A stretch of DNA of 63,024 nt, the filler included, from Octopus bimaculoides (taxonomy: Eukaryota), in NCBI RefSeq assembly GCF_001194135.2. It is 10 parts of 10 records of this genome, joined end to end, with 100 filler letters (N's around TTAATTAATTAA, not from the genome) between each part and the next. Parts side by side here need not be neighbours in the genome. Positions count along the whole stretch, not along the records: positions 47,983 to 59,532 come from NC_068989.1; positions 59,633 to 63,024 come from NC_068981.1; 8 more parts are not named here. The stretch is one strand, 5' to 3'. The translations under genes were made by a program, and so were the position numbers. Position 1 is the stretch's first letter; each line of letters begins with the position of its first letter. The notes beneath the pieces were generated by a model. That model was given only the letters and a program-made list of their open reading frames with translations. It was not told the origin of the DNA and did not search any database. Below, in pieces: positions 49,552 through 61,718 of this stretch.

Positions 49552-49840
49552 GGATTTGGTAGATGGAAACTGAAAGAAGCCCGTCGTATATATGTATATA
49601 TATATATGTATGTGTGTATATGTTTGTGTGTCTGTGTTTGTCCCCCCGCCATCGTTTGACAACCGATGCTGGTGTGATTATGTCCCTGTAACTTAGCGGT
49701 TCGGCAAAAGGGACCGATAGAATAAGTACTAGGCATCCAAAGAATAAGTCCTGGGGTCGATTTGCTCGACTAAAGGCGGTGCTCCAGCATGGCCGCAGTC
49801 AAATGACTGAAACAAGTAAAAGAGTAAAGAGTAAAAGAGT
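49552..49840 (+). mobile_element. SINE family A 3' two-thirds, young-looking copy
   Basis: Core through ggcggtgctccagcatggccgcagtcaaatgactgaaacaagtaaaagag tail; nearly all CpGs intact. Confidence 0.92.
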
Positions 49841-50033
49841 AATCGATAATAAAGGTCTCGTAAAATGCAGCTGAGGTGGTCTTACAATCACAAAGTATTC
49901 AGGCGCCCCAAACAGTAATGTCTTCGGGTATGCTTTCAGCATTGTAGATTTTTTTTGTTACTGCATTTCCAGTTTGAACATTTTTTTTTATAAAATGCAT
50001 TAGAGATTATTGTCCTATGTCATAATTTCATTT

Positions 50034-50342
50034 TAACAAGCAAAGTAGCTAGTTCTAAAATCTCTATAAGAGATGTAAATAGTAACTCTACTGGAAAGTA
50101 ATGGTTGTTACCACGTCAACATGGTTGTTCCATAAAGAACAACGTTACTACTCGCTTTAATCCCAGGAGGACACCTCCAGCTTGTTAATGACATAATCTC
50201 AGTGTCCATTATATTGCAAACAAGGGAGAGAACAACTCCCATCCAGAGTTGATGGGTTAAAAAGAGTAGTAACATTGCTTTTCCGTAGAGTTACTGCTTG
50301 CATCTCTTATAGAGATTTTAGAACTAGCTACTTTGCTTGTTA
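50034..50342. mobile_element. MITE/foldback with ~60-bp TIRs (first ~41 bp perfect), TA at both ends
   Basis: taacaagcaaagtagctagttctaaaatctctataagagatg ... catctcttatagagattttagaactagctactttgcttgtta. Confidence 0.85.
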
Positions 50343-51005
50343 CAACATCAGCGACTGAATGTTGCTTATCTATTTGTATATTGCAAACTGGAATGAATGA
50401 CTGCCATGTCTAGAAGACAGGTGTACCAGTACTGAGGAAAGGTCAGCTGGTCCTGTCAACACTGGATGAGAGTTGTTCGCTTCCTTGTTTGCAATATAAC
50501 AGACACAGATAGTGTCATTAACCAGCTGGATGAGGTGTCTGCCTGTGGTTAAAAAGAGTAGTACCATTTTTCTTTATGGAACAACTACGTTGAGGCGGTA
50601 ACAAGCATTACTTTACAATTTCATTTTACTTTAAGAAAGAAATTATGAATAAGCATTAGTATGCAATATATTCATTTGCTCTCAGATTTCATTTGCAAGT
50701 AAATCATTCAGACTTTACACATATATATTCATCATTTTACACACACACACACGCACGCACGCACGCACACACACACACACACTTTTTTTTTTAAATAATT
50801 CTTTTTTTTAATCCCTCCCCAAAAATACTGAGATTTCCATTCTGAAAAATACTTCTTCAAAATTTTATTTTTACAAAAATTATCCCCTCCTCTGTCCCCT
50901 TTCAGAATACTCACAACCACCTGGCATCAATCTTCTGAAAGTTTTCAAATTCATCCTTTTATGTGCGTACATGCATGACTGCTTGATGAGAAACAACAAC
51001 TAGCT

Positions 51006-51545
51006 CAGGGATGGGGGACCTTTTTGTGCATGAAGGTCACCCTACAATTCATCATCCTTTTTTTTTTTTTTAGTTATTTTATCCCCTAAGTAATTTATTA
51101 GTAATCTAATAAAAGAAAGACAGGTGTGTAGAAATTGAAAGTATAACTTTTCAAATATTTTATTTAAGTATTTTTATACAAATAATAAGTAAATGAATAA
51201 TATCGAAAGCAAAGCATTTTCAAATATTTTAAGTAGGTACATTGTATACAAGTATAAATGAATAATAATCTTATAAAAAAGACAGCTTATGAACATCAAG
51301 AAGATAATATTTTCAAATATTTAATTTAGGCAAGTAGGTACTTTTTATACAAATTAATGACTTCTTTGAATTTGCATTTTTTGAGAAAGCATTTTGATAT
51401 CAGGCTCTAACATAGTGGTTCTTAATTTCAGTTGGGCCTCCAAATGCTCATTTGTCAATTGTATTCTCAGTAAATTCTTGATTTGCGTCAAGTACGAGAA
51501 TGTGGGTTCACAACAGTATGTTGAAGAAAAGTGAGAAAATTGGTC
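51006..51545 (-). mobile_element. hAT transposon 3' end (dimerisation-domain C-terminus plus TIR)
   Basis: FSSTYCCEPTFSYLTQIKNLLRIQLTNEHLEAQLKLRTTMLEPDIKMLSQKMQIQRSH* fits the hAT F.STY.CE..FS....K...R..LT.EHL...L...PD...Q.SH end; cagggatgggggaccttttt TIR-like terminus at 51006. Confidence 0.8.
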
Positions 51546-51559
51546 AGTGTGCATGTTCA

Positions 51560-52030
51560 CAGGTGGAGGCAGTGGGAATCATGAATACCTGTTGGTATAG
51601 CAATTGGTACTTCTTTATGCAATTGTTCTCATCCAAACACATCACATGATCATTAGAGCACAATCTTTCTTGCATACTACATATGATGCCACTTATGCCC
51701 AAGTTTTCTCTCAGTACATTTGCATTTTGTTGCACATGTACACTGACATTGCACATCCAATACAGCATGCTAATTTCATTTCTTTCAAGCCTATGCATGT
51801 ATCTGCATTCACAGTTCCCATTTCATACACAAGCATCATACTGTATGCTTTTTACTCTGAGGGAGGGGCCTTTTATTACCAACAGAGGTAATAGCTCTCT
51901 GAACTTCTTCCAGCTGGTTCTTATTCTAGCAACAACACTTTCAGAGCATTTTCCTCCACTGCTAATTAGCTTACCTAGGTAACAGAATCTATCTACTACC
52001 TCTAAGGATCTTCCTGGTAGTAGATAGCTT
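51560..52030 (-). mobile_element. RTE-clade LINE RT/thumb fragment (second RTE lineage)
   Basis: LEVVDRFCYLGKLISSGGKCSESVVARIRTSWKKFRELLPLL; RLERNEISMLYWMCNVSVH...LRENLGISGI. Confidence 0.85.
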
Positions 52031-52384
52031 CTGTTACCCAGGTGACCTACAAATAACAAAATCGATAATTAAAAAAAAACTGTGAATGATAACACTATAA
52101 TAAGGACTCAACCTGACAATTAAAATGGCTATCAGTAAATTAGTGATCTAACATTTCCACCACCAAATTTGTGACACAATCAATCAGTGACTACAAAAAT
52201 AATTTCTGTATGCCAATACCAAACTGATATAATATTGTGCCCAATGCCTTTCCAGACATCTGAATTTTTAGCCATGGTAAATGACAGCATTTGATTGCTA
52301 TATCTAGTGAATGTTTTGGTGCTTTTCTTCTTGTACAGCAACATCTTTTTGGCTATCTTAATTTCTTTAGATTGCTTTTTAGGC

Positions 52385-54200
52385 TCTGGATGTTATCAAT
52401 GAAGTAGCTTGCACTTTGAACTTTATTTTTACTTGTATTGATGACTTATAGATCACTAGTACTTCAGAATTGGAACATGAACATCATCTAAATCAACTCT
52501 TCACTAGAGCAGCTCATTTCAGAGCGGTTATTAATCTTAGTGAATTTCTCTTTGATGTTTCATCTTTCACCTTTTTAGGCCACATCATTGATAGTAGAGG
52601 TCTTACCCTATGACAAAAAAAGTAGATGCAACTGTACAGTTTCCAGCTCCCACTTTGTTATGAAAGTTATGTGAATTTCTTGGCTTAGTGAATTTCTACA
52701 GATGTTTCATTCTGCACTTGCCCTTAGTCTGAATTGTCTGAAGCATCCATCATTAGAGAAAGGGTGCATTAGGTATCAGGTGAGTTAGTGAAGCAGCCTT
52801 GAATAATTTCTCTTTAACTTCATTAAAACAATTGTAATTCTTCCTGTGTAATTGGGAAAAAAAATGAGAATATTCCTATTAACAGTGAGAAAATTATAAA
52901 TGTTTAATGAGATTAAAGAAAAATTATCCAAGGCTAATTTATTATCTCATTTGATATCTGATGCTCTACTTTCTCTATTAGTGAATGCTTCAGATGTTTG
53001 TGTCTGGTATTATAAAACAATTGTTTTGACAGCTTTATCCTTTTTCTTGACATGTTTGAAGCCCAGTGCAACTAAATATATTATTTTCAGTTGGGAATTA
53101 TTAGCAGCATATTTATCTATTAAGCATTTTGTCATTTTCTGGAAGGAAGAAATTTTGTCATATATACTAACTTTAAGCAGTTAATGTTTTCTCTCCAATC
53201 TAAATTGGATAAACATTCTCTAAGGGAAATGAGACATCTTGATTTTATATTGCAGTTTACTGCCAACATTCATTATATTAAGGACTCTAATAATAGTGTA
53301 GCTGATACTTTATTCTGAGTTTATGAAAATTCTCAACAGTTCAACAATTCCATTTATTTGGTAAAAATGGCTGAAGACAAGTATCGGAACTAGTGTCGTC
53401 CTCTTTAGAATTCTGTCTTGTTCCTCCCTCTGCTTGCTTCCAGGAAGCATATTCAGTGTGAAATTTCTACAAGTCATGAACAAACTTTTGTGTCTATTAA
53501 ACATAGACACTCAGTCTTTTCTGCTCTTCTCAATTTATCCCATCCAGGAGTTGCAGCATCAGAAAAGTGCATTTCAACTCTTTCATTTGGTCAAATATGA
53601 ACAGAGATGTTTGCTCATGGGCCAGCAATTATATATCTTGTCAAAAATCAATGGTTCAATGCCATATTAAAGCTCCCCTTAAAACTTTCACTACATCAGA
53701 CCCTCATTTTCAACATACACGCATCTCCTGTTCAAGATTATACTAGTTTGTTGACCTGTATTGCTTCTAAACTGGTTTGCAGACATTCTGATATATTTAT
53801 TTCATCTGCCAGGGTTGTGAAAGTGTTGCTTTTCTACTGGATATCATGTTTTGGGACCCAGCTGTGGTAACTCCCAATAGAGGTTGGCAATTTGACTCTA
53901 GTTTGCTTGCTGAGTTAATTCAATTGATAAGTACTAAGAGGATTCATACTACAGTTTATCAACTCATGGCAAATGGAATGATAGTGTTTCCACTGCCAAC
54001 TTAAAACATCATTTAAATTATACGACAACACAAATAGGTTGGAATATCTACCTATTCTGCTACTATGTGTCGGAACATCAGTTAAAGCAGATCTAGATTA
54101 TACTGCAGCAGAGCTAATTTATAGCACAACTTTAACCTTTCTTAGAGAGATAGTAGTTGGAAATTCCAACTTGTGTTATAATTTGTCCAATTATGTAATC
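52385..54200 (+). mobile_element. Old, degenerate Gypsy pol (RT-RNase H-integrase in Gypsy order)
   Basis: CIDDL*ITSTSELEHEHHLNQLF (RT), FNEIKEKLSKANLLSHLISDALLSLLVNASD...ELLAAYLSIKHF (RNase H), REMRHLDFILQF, NLSHPGV, ANGMI, YLPILLLCVGTSVKADLDYTAAELIYSTTL (integrase). Confidence 0.82.
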
Positions 54201-54579
54201 ATCTGTAATAGTATATGTTTGAGTTACTGAAATTACTACCTAGACAGCAGACGGTGAAAGCTACATTCTCATTGACTTTACTACATGGTATCATGTTTTT
54301 GTCCATAAAAAGCCCCTACATATAGTATACACTAGATTTTATTGTTTTACAAGCATACTCTAAATATTAGAAAATTACTATTTTTTAAAATCTCACAAGA
54401 GATATTCAGCAACAGCACTTTGGAGTAAAGATTTTTGCTAACATAACATGGCAGTCCTGGTTTAGGATGAAGGTTGCTGTAATTTAGCCCCAGGAGACAT
54501 CGTCTCTAGCTGGCTATACAACACGATATGTTTTCGAACAAGGGAATCTAGCATCCTCACTCAGCTCAAAACAATATCT

Positions 54580-54620
54580 GCATATAGCTATTTCCAGGTT
54601 ATTTCCCTTCATCAGCACAA
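54580..54620 (-). ncRNA. Penelope-type minimal hammerhead ribozyme motif (degenerate)
   Basis: Minus: ttgtg-CTGATGA-agggaaataacctg-GAAA-tagc-TA-tatg; palindromic ATAGCTAT at helix III. Confidence 0.55.
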
Positions 54621-54719
54621 AATAATTGCTCAGAGGGAACAAAACAGGACAATACAAACAATTATTGTTATAATGAGTTCGTATGATACTTGATTTTTAA
54701 AAATTTAGAATGATATATA

Positions 54720-57680
54720 GTTTGACTTTTTGGGGGTAAATCTTGATGGGCTGAAGAGCCCAGTGACTACACCTTTTCCTTTTCCCATGAGGATTAAGCA
54801 GGATCACTTGCACCCACCTTTCTTATAACAGCCTTCCATCTTTTGTCAAACACACTTCGTGACAGTCGTCTCCTCTCCAGCCTTATCTTGCTCTTCAGAT
54901 GATATCTGAAAAAACGGAGTAATCCGGGGCCAGAGATGAAGGTTCCCGTCACAAGTCTTTGCAGTCTTGTCTTCCAAACACACTCTTTCAACACTACCAC
55001 TGTAAGGAGAAAACATGCCTCACCTTCCTTCGAGAGTTCAGTGGGCGGCACAATCTTTATTATAGATTCAGCTGATAGTTGTACTCTGCCTAGGTATGAT
55101 AACACATGGTCATCGTAAACTATCAAGCCTGAAAGCTTCCGGCAGTGTACAAAAGCGTGCAGGACAGTTTCATCGTCCAGCCCACATCTTGGTCATGTCA
55201 GTGGCACTGACATTCCGTGCCTGGATAACCTATCGCGAACAGGTAAAGCGTTCCTGTAGCACTGCCAGGTCAGGGATTTTTGGTAATTATCCAAATACCT
55301 CAGCCCGAAAGTCTTTTGGAACAGGTTGGTGAGTTGGTTCTCATCAAACCCCAGAGATCTCCTAGGACGTCATCATTTTAAAACTCTACCAGCCCTCTAT
55401 ACAAAATAGAGGTGGTATTCCCACTGCTGGCCTTGCCCGTCTTGTGGATCAGCATGAGTGCCTGTCGACATTCCTTTTGCCATTCTGTCAGATTGTGTCT
55501 TTTAATAAAACCGGGTTTGAATCTCTCCAAAGAGGCTGGTTGCGGGAAGAATTCCTCTGCCAGCGGATTCCACACCTTGTCACCCTCCAGGTAGCGCCAG
55601 AGATGTCTCAGCATCAATGCATGTTTGCACATCATAAGCCAGGGCATCCCTAACCCACCCTTTAGCAGTTCCTGGCAGCAGATGGAGCGCCTTACAAATG
55701 GCTTTCCTCCCTTCCACAAAAAGCAGAAAAGGAGGCGCTCCAACTTGTTTAGCCACGAGTCGGGGCAAGGGACAATGGTTAGGCGGTAGGTGATTACAGA
55801 TGCGATAAACACCTGTACCACCTCCGCCCTTCCTTTCAGAGATAGAGCCTGTACGGACCAAGTCCAAATTAGAGCTTCCACCCTGTCTGCCACCTTGCTC
55901 CAATTCTTCTCCCTTTGGAGTCTGGTCCAAACCAAACTCCAAGCAACTTAACAGGACCATCTGTTCAGTGACCCACGACACTGGACGATACCGGCTTGCT
56001 CCTCCAGGTGCCGAGGCACAAGCCAATGGACTTGTCCTTGTTAACATTTGCTCCTGCCACTGCCTCGTATCCTTTGATAGCGTCCTCTACACAAAGTAAC
56101 TGAGCCTCATTGGACACGATGATGGTGATGTCATCCGCATAAGCAGAGACTGACTTACCACATCCGATTTCATTGGGGGTGCATCCCAAATTCTTCAACT
56201 TCCTCAGTAAAGGCTCAAGAGCCAAAACATACAGAAGCGGGGACAGGGGACATCCTTGACAAACTGAGCGCTTGATAAAAAACGGCTCTAACAGGTAGCC
56301 ATTTATCTGGATGGTGGATTGGATGCCACTATACATTGCAGAGTTCCACCCACGGAAGTTCAGGCTCAGCCCAGCTGCTTCGAGAACTGCTGCCAGGTAC
56401 TGGTGGTCTACCCTATCAAACACTTTACTTAGGTCTAAATGGACCAGTGCCCCACCTTTGTCGGTTAATTTACCCACTCTGTCTAAGGTGTAGCGTATAA
56501 GGTGAAGATTGTCTTGGATCGACCTGCCCGGAATGGCGTAAATCTGCGCCTTCCCTACAAGCTTCTCTACGACACGCGTCAACCTTTTTGCTAACACCTT
56601 GGCCAAAATCTTTAACTCTACATTGAGTAGAGTTATGGGCCTGTAATTACTTATACTGTCCCCCTTGTGTAGACGCCTACCAGCAGGTCCCCAGACAAGT
56701 CCAGCATGCTACGACATAACTCATAGGGTAGACCATCCAGCCCCGGTGCACTCAGCCAACACCCCTTTCACCTCCACAGGTGTAATCAGTCTTTCACAGC
56801 ATTCCGCCTCACATGCTGAGAGTCATGGCCCACTGGCGAGGAAGCTCTTTAGGGACTCCCCATGCTCGAGCTCATTGCCCTGCCCAAACAACTGGGCGAA
56901 ATGCTGGTGAAAAGCCTTCTGCATCTTTTCCTGTCCATAGATCTTGTACCCCTGTTCGTCAGTTAAAGACTTTATAGAGGCTTTTTTGCCCCTCTGACAT
57001 TCCACACGATGGGGCCATCCAGCAACATTAATACCTTCTCGGCCCACTGCACATAGCTTAGCTCTAACTCTACACCCTTCGTGTTTGGCTTTGAGGTGAC
57101 AGTACAAGACCGTTCTCGCTGCCAGCACTCTGTCTGCAGAGCCAGATTTCAAAGCCTCATCTAAATTCTTAACTAGTTCCTTTTCTATTCTAGATCTATC
57201 TAAACTTAGCTGGTTGCTAAATGTAATAGACTCTAAACGGATGGGTCTCTTGAGGGCGTGCCACTATCTTTTATTAATGATGGTGTCACATAATGCCCTC
57301 TGTACTAATTCCTTAATCCAGGCATGGAAGGCTTGACAAGTTGAAATAGACTTGTTCATCTTCCAGTACCCAGGTCCCTGTCTATGACATTTATCTATAT
57401 GTACCTCACATGTCACAAATTTGTGATCCATGTAAGGCATAATACAAAATTGTGGACAGCTAAAGATATCCCTATCTCGTTCTCTTACAAATACCCTATC
57501 TATATAAGATCTACTCCATGTCCACTGTGGAACACTCAGCTCATCCAGTCTGTAATTGTGTAGTAGATTATAGCTCTCTAGTAGACCCTTGAGGCCAGGA
57601 TTTTCCCTCTTATCAGTCGAGTCAACATTATCCACCCATGCATCGAGTATAGTGTTAAAGTCCCCTAACAGAACTAACAG
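54720..57680 (-). mobile_element. 5'-truncated L1/Tx1-group LINE ORF2 pseudogene (APE, RT, CCHC)
   Basis: LVLLGDFNTILD and SYIDRVF...DHK...GPGYWKMN (APE); PGLDGLPYEL, NYRPITLLN, DLSKVFDRVDH, QGCPLSPLLY, YADD (RT); *PRCGLDDETVLHAFVHC knuckle; several stops and frameshifts. Confidence 0.95.
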
Positions 57681-58123
57681 AAATATAACCCCAAATGTAA
57701 TTGGTAGAACTTATTATTTAAATTTAAATAATTATGTTCTCTAACCGGCAAAATTCATTGAAAAGAATTATTTTCTGCAGAATTATTTCCAGTATTTGGC
57801 ACGCCAAAACGAAGACTTTTCAAATATAACCCCAAATGTAATTCGTAGAACTATATACATGTTCAATCTCATGCAGATGTCTCGTGTATAGTTCTGCAAA
57901 TTATATTGCTATGATGATCACATCGAAGAATTGTGGATAATTACGTAACTAATTACGTAAGTGGTAACAACGAAATTGGTCTGTGATTAATCTATATATT
58001 TTGTATCTTTTCATTTGTTTTTGCTCGCTTACATTCTAGTGTTTGGTGAATTTTTTTGAGAACAATCTCTTCTTAGTGGTCAGACCATAGGTGGTCTTCT
58101 TCTGGCATAATGGATGTCCACTT

Positions 58124-58173
<50 letters not shown>

Positions 58174-58187
58174 CATATATGTATGTA

Positions 58188-58234
<47 letters not shown>

Positions 58235-58620
58235 ATATATATATATATGTATATANNNNNNNNNNNNNNNNNNNNNNNNNNNNNNNNNNNNNNNNNNNNN
58301 NNNNNNNNNNNNNNNNNNNNNNNNNNNNNNNNNNNNNNNNNNNNNNNNNNNNNNNNNNNNNNNNNNNNNNNNNNNNNNNNNNNNNNNNNNNNNNNNNNNN
58401 NNNNNNNNNNNNNNNNNNNNNNNNNNNNNNNNNNNNNNNNNNNNNNNNNNNNNNNNNNNNNNNNNNNNNNNNNNNNNNNNNNNNNNNNNNNNNNNNNNNN
58501 NNNNNNNNNNNNNNNNNNNNNNNNNNNNNNNNNNNNNNNNNNNNNNNNNNNNNNNNNNNNNNNNNNNNNNNNNNNNNNNNNNNNNNNNNNNNNNNNNNNN
58601 NNNNNNNNNNNNNNNNNNNN

Positions 58621-59182
58621 GCTGGATGCCCTTCCATTCTGAGAGTGTAGTGGGTGATTTTACGTGCCACCGGCATGAAGGCCAGTCAGGTGGTACTGGC
58701 AACGGCCATGCTCAAAATGGTGTATTTTACGTGCCACCTTTCACGTGCCAGGAAGGCGACGCTGGTAACGATCACGCTCGAATGGTGCTCTTAGCGCTCC
58801 ACTGGTACAGGTGCCATCACAATTTCGCTTTCGCTTGCCCCAACAGGTCTTCGCAAGCCGAGTTTAGTGTCCAATGAAGGAGACGTTGGCATGGGGGCCA
58901 GTCTTCGAATTTAGTTCGATTTCGATTTTGATTTCACTTGCCTCGACAGGTCTTCGCAAGCGGAGTGTCCAATGAAGGAAAGGTACGCATAAGTGGGCTG
59001 GCTACATCCCTGGCAGAGGCCTTGGATTTTGGTCTCACTTGGCTTGCCAGGTTTTCTCACGCACAGCATATTTCCAAAGGTCCTGGTCAGAAGTCATTGC
59101 CTCGGTGAGGCCTAATGTTTGGAGGTCGTGCTTCACCACCTCATCCCAGGTCTTCTTGGGCCTGCCTCTTCCACTGGTTCCC
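58621..59182 (-). mobile_element. RTE LINE 3' end with long, internally repetitive 3' UTR
   Basis: GTSGRGRPKKTWDEVVKHDLQTLGLTEAMTSDQDLWKYAVREKTWQAK* then ggcacgtaaaa repeats and ggaagggcatccagc. Confidence 0.87.
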
Positions 59183-59383
59183 TATATGTATATGTATATA
59201 TATATATTCCGTTTACATATTTGTTTTGCAAGATTTTTGATGTGAAATCGTGTGTTGAAACAGATGTTGTTGTACTTGGGGATGGTCATATTGCCAGTTT
59301 AGCCAATAAAAACACATGCACTGTATATTTGGTGTTAATTTGCTTCAGCTTTATATTAAATTATATTACATTAATCCTATTTC

Positions 59384-59428
59384 GGCCAGAGTTCTTTCGT
59401 CACACTTCTGTGACCTCATCAGTGGTCC
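59384..59428 (-). ncRNA. Type I minimal hammerhead ribozyme (Penelope-like pLTR type)
   Basis: Minus: ggacca-CTGATGA-g-gtcac-agaagt-gtgac-GAAA-gaac-TC-tggcc; intact core, 5-bp helix II, helix I acca/tgg(.)cc. Confidence 0.7.
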
Positions 59429-59632
59429 TTTGCTTTCTTCTTTCTTATGTGTGTCTCACCTTGCTAACTATCAGCAATGGCTGATAGTTAGCAAGGTGGG
59501 ACACACATAAGAAAGAAGAAAGCAAAGGACCANNNNNNNNNNNNNNNNNNNNNNNNNNNNNNNNNNNNNNNNNNNNTTAATTAATTAANNNNNNNNNNNN
59601 NNNNNNNNNNNNNNNNNNNNNNNNNNNNNNNN

Positions 59633-59674
<42 letters not shown>

Positions 59675-59909
59675 GCGCACTCATGTATATATGTACATAC
59701 ATATATAATGTTTGTATATAATATACAAATACACCGACATATATACATAAATATGTATTATATACATGTACACACACACACACACACGTACAAACGCACA
59801 TGCATGCATGCTTCCACAAATACACCAAGCATTAGTGTCTCGAATCGCAATCCATGGGTTCACAATTCAGGTTGTTCTTCCAACAAGTTAAGCTGGAGTA
59901 TAAAATAAT

Positions 59910-60100
59910 GATTTCAAATTTTGGCCAACAAAGACAACAATTTCAGGAGTGGAGGGCGAGTCGATTATATTGACCCTAGTATTTAGCTGGTATTTTTTTA
60001 CGGATCCCGAAAAGCTGAAAAGCAAAGTCGACCTCGGCGGAATTCGAACTCAGAACGTAAAACATTTTGCCCGGCGTGCTAACAATTCTACCAGCTCGCT
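59910..60100 (-). mobile_element. SINE family C
   Basis: Homology to 9598-9832. Confidence 0.82.
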
Positions 60101-61382
60101 GACTTTGCAGAGTATATGAGAGTAATGTTTCAAATTCAGAAGAGAGACGTAGATATAATTCATTCTGCGCGTTTACAGCTGTTTCATAATTCATATTCAG
60201 TTAATTCAATAGTATAAACTTTAGAACGCCTTGCAACACAAATATAAATGCAAACAAATTTTTGCATACTAACTGAATAGAACGAAATTCCCAAGCTTTT
60301 TGTAGGTATTAAATATTCGACTATGAACTAAAGTACATATATATATATATNNNNNNNNNNNNNNNNNNNNNNNNNNNNNNNNNNNNNNNNNNNNNNNNNN
60401 NNNNNNNNNNNNNNNNNNNNNNNNNNNNNNNNNNNNNNNNNNNNNNNNNNNNNNNNNNNNNNNNNNNNNNNNNNNNNNNNNNNNNNNNNNNNNNNNNNNN
60501 NNNNNNNNNNNNNNNNNNNNNNNNNNNNNNNNNNNNNNNNNNNNNNNNNNNNNNNNNNNNNNNNNNNNNNNNNNNNNNNNNNNNNNNNNNNNNNNNNNNN
60601 NNNNNNNNNNNNNNNNNNNNNNNNNNNNNNNNNNNNNNNNNNNNNNNNNNNNNNNNNNNNNNNNNNNNNNNNNNNNNNNNNNNNNNNNNNNNNNNNNNNN
60701 NNNNNNNNNNNNNNNNNNNNNNNNNNNNNNNNNNNNNNNNNNNNNNNNNNNNNNNNNNNNNNNNNNNNNNNNNNNNNNNNNNNNNNNNNNNNNNNNNNNN
60801 NNNNNNNNNNNNNNNNNNNNNNNNNNNNNNNNNNNNNNNNNNNNNNNNNNNNNNNNNNNNNNNNNNNNNNNNNNNNNNNNNNNNNNNNNNNNNNNNNNNN
60901 NNNNNNNNNNNNNNNNNNNNNNNNNNNNNNNNNNNNNNNNNNNNNNNNNNNNNNNNNNNNNNNNNNNNNNNNNNNNNNNNNNNNNNNNNNNNNNNNNNNN
61001 NNNNNNNNNNNNNNNNNNNNNNNNNNNNNNNNNNNNNNNNNNNNNNNNNNNTATATATATATATATATATATATATATGTGCAACTTATAATTGCTGTCG
61101 ATGGTATAATTGGATATGGATTATGAAACACTTGGAAACCTGGCAAAATAGTTTACATACATACATATGAATACAACATGTGTATGTATGTGTATGTTTC
61201 CATGTATACATACACAGACACGCACATATATGGATGTATGCATATATAAATACATATCAGTAGATAAATAAATAGAGGCGTGAATAGACAGATAGATAAA
61301 GCGTGATATATGGAAGGAACCAAATATTGTAGAACCCTAATTTTATGACTTCTTTGAAATTTATTTATTATATGTATGTATA

Positions 61383-61718
61383 AAGACCCCCTTCGGTCAT
61401 AAATGACCATGGGATTACACCTACAAATTTCCCCTCGCTGGCACAATTCTGGGCAAGGTTGTTTATGGATGACCAGCAGTCGCCCATGCATACCAGCCTC
61501 CCCTCTCTACACCACCAATATTATCTGAGGGAAAGGCAAAGGGGCCGATACAGGTTGGCACCTGTGACGTCGCAACTCATTTCTACAGATGAGGGAACTG
61601 GAGCAACGTGGAATAAAGCGTCTTGCTCAAGAACACAACACACAGCCCGGTCCGGGACTCGAACTCACAACTTCATAATTGTTAGCCCGACGTTCTACCA
61701 ACTGTATCATATGCCTTC
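61383..61718 (-). mobile_element. tRNA-headed SINE with Nin/Deu-like core and palindromic ggtcat..atgacc tail (family D; core fragment also at about 14935-15015)
   Basis: Minus: B-box gttcgagtcccggaccggg, tgtgttgtgttcttgagcaagacgctttattccacgttgctccagttccc..atctgtagaaatgagttgcgac. Confidence 0.78.

Noticed and set aside
51140-51350. Three imperfect ~70-bp repeats (ttttcaaatatttt...tatacaa) resembling a spaced array
   Set aside because: Lie within the hAT 3' subterminal region; variable, no unique spacers; not CRISPR-like
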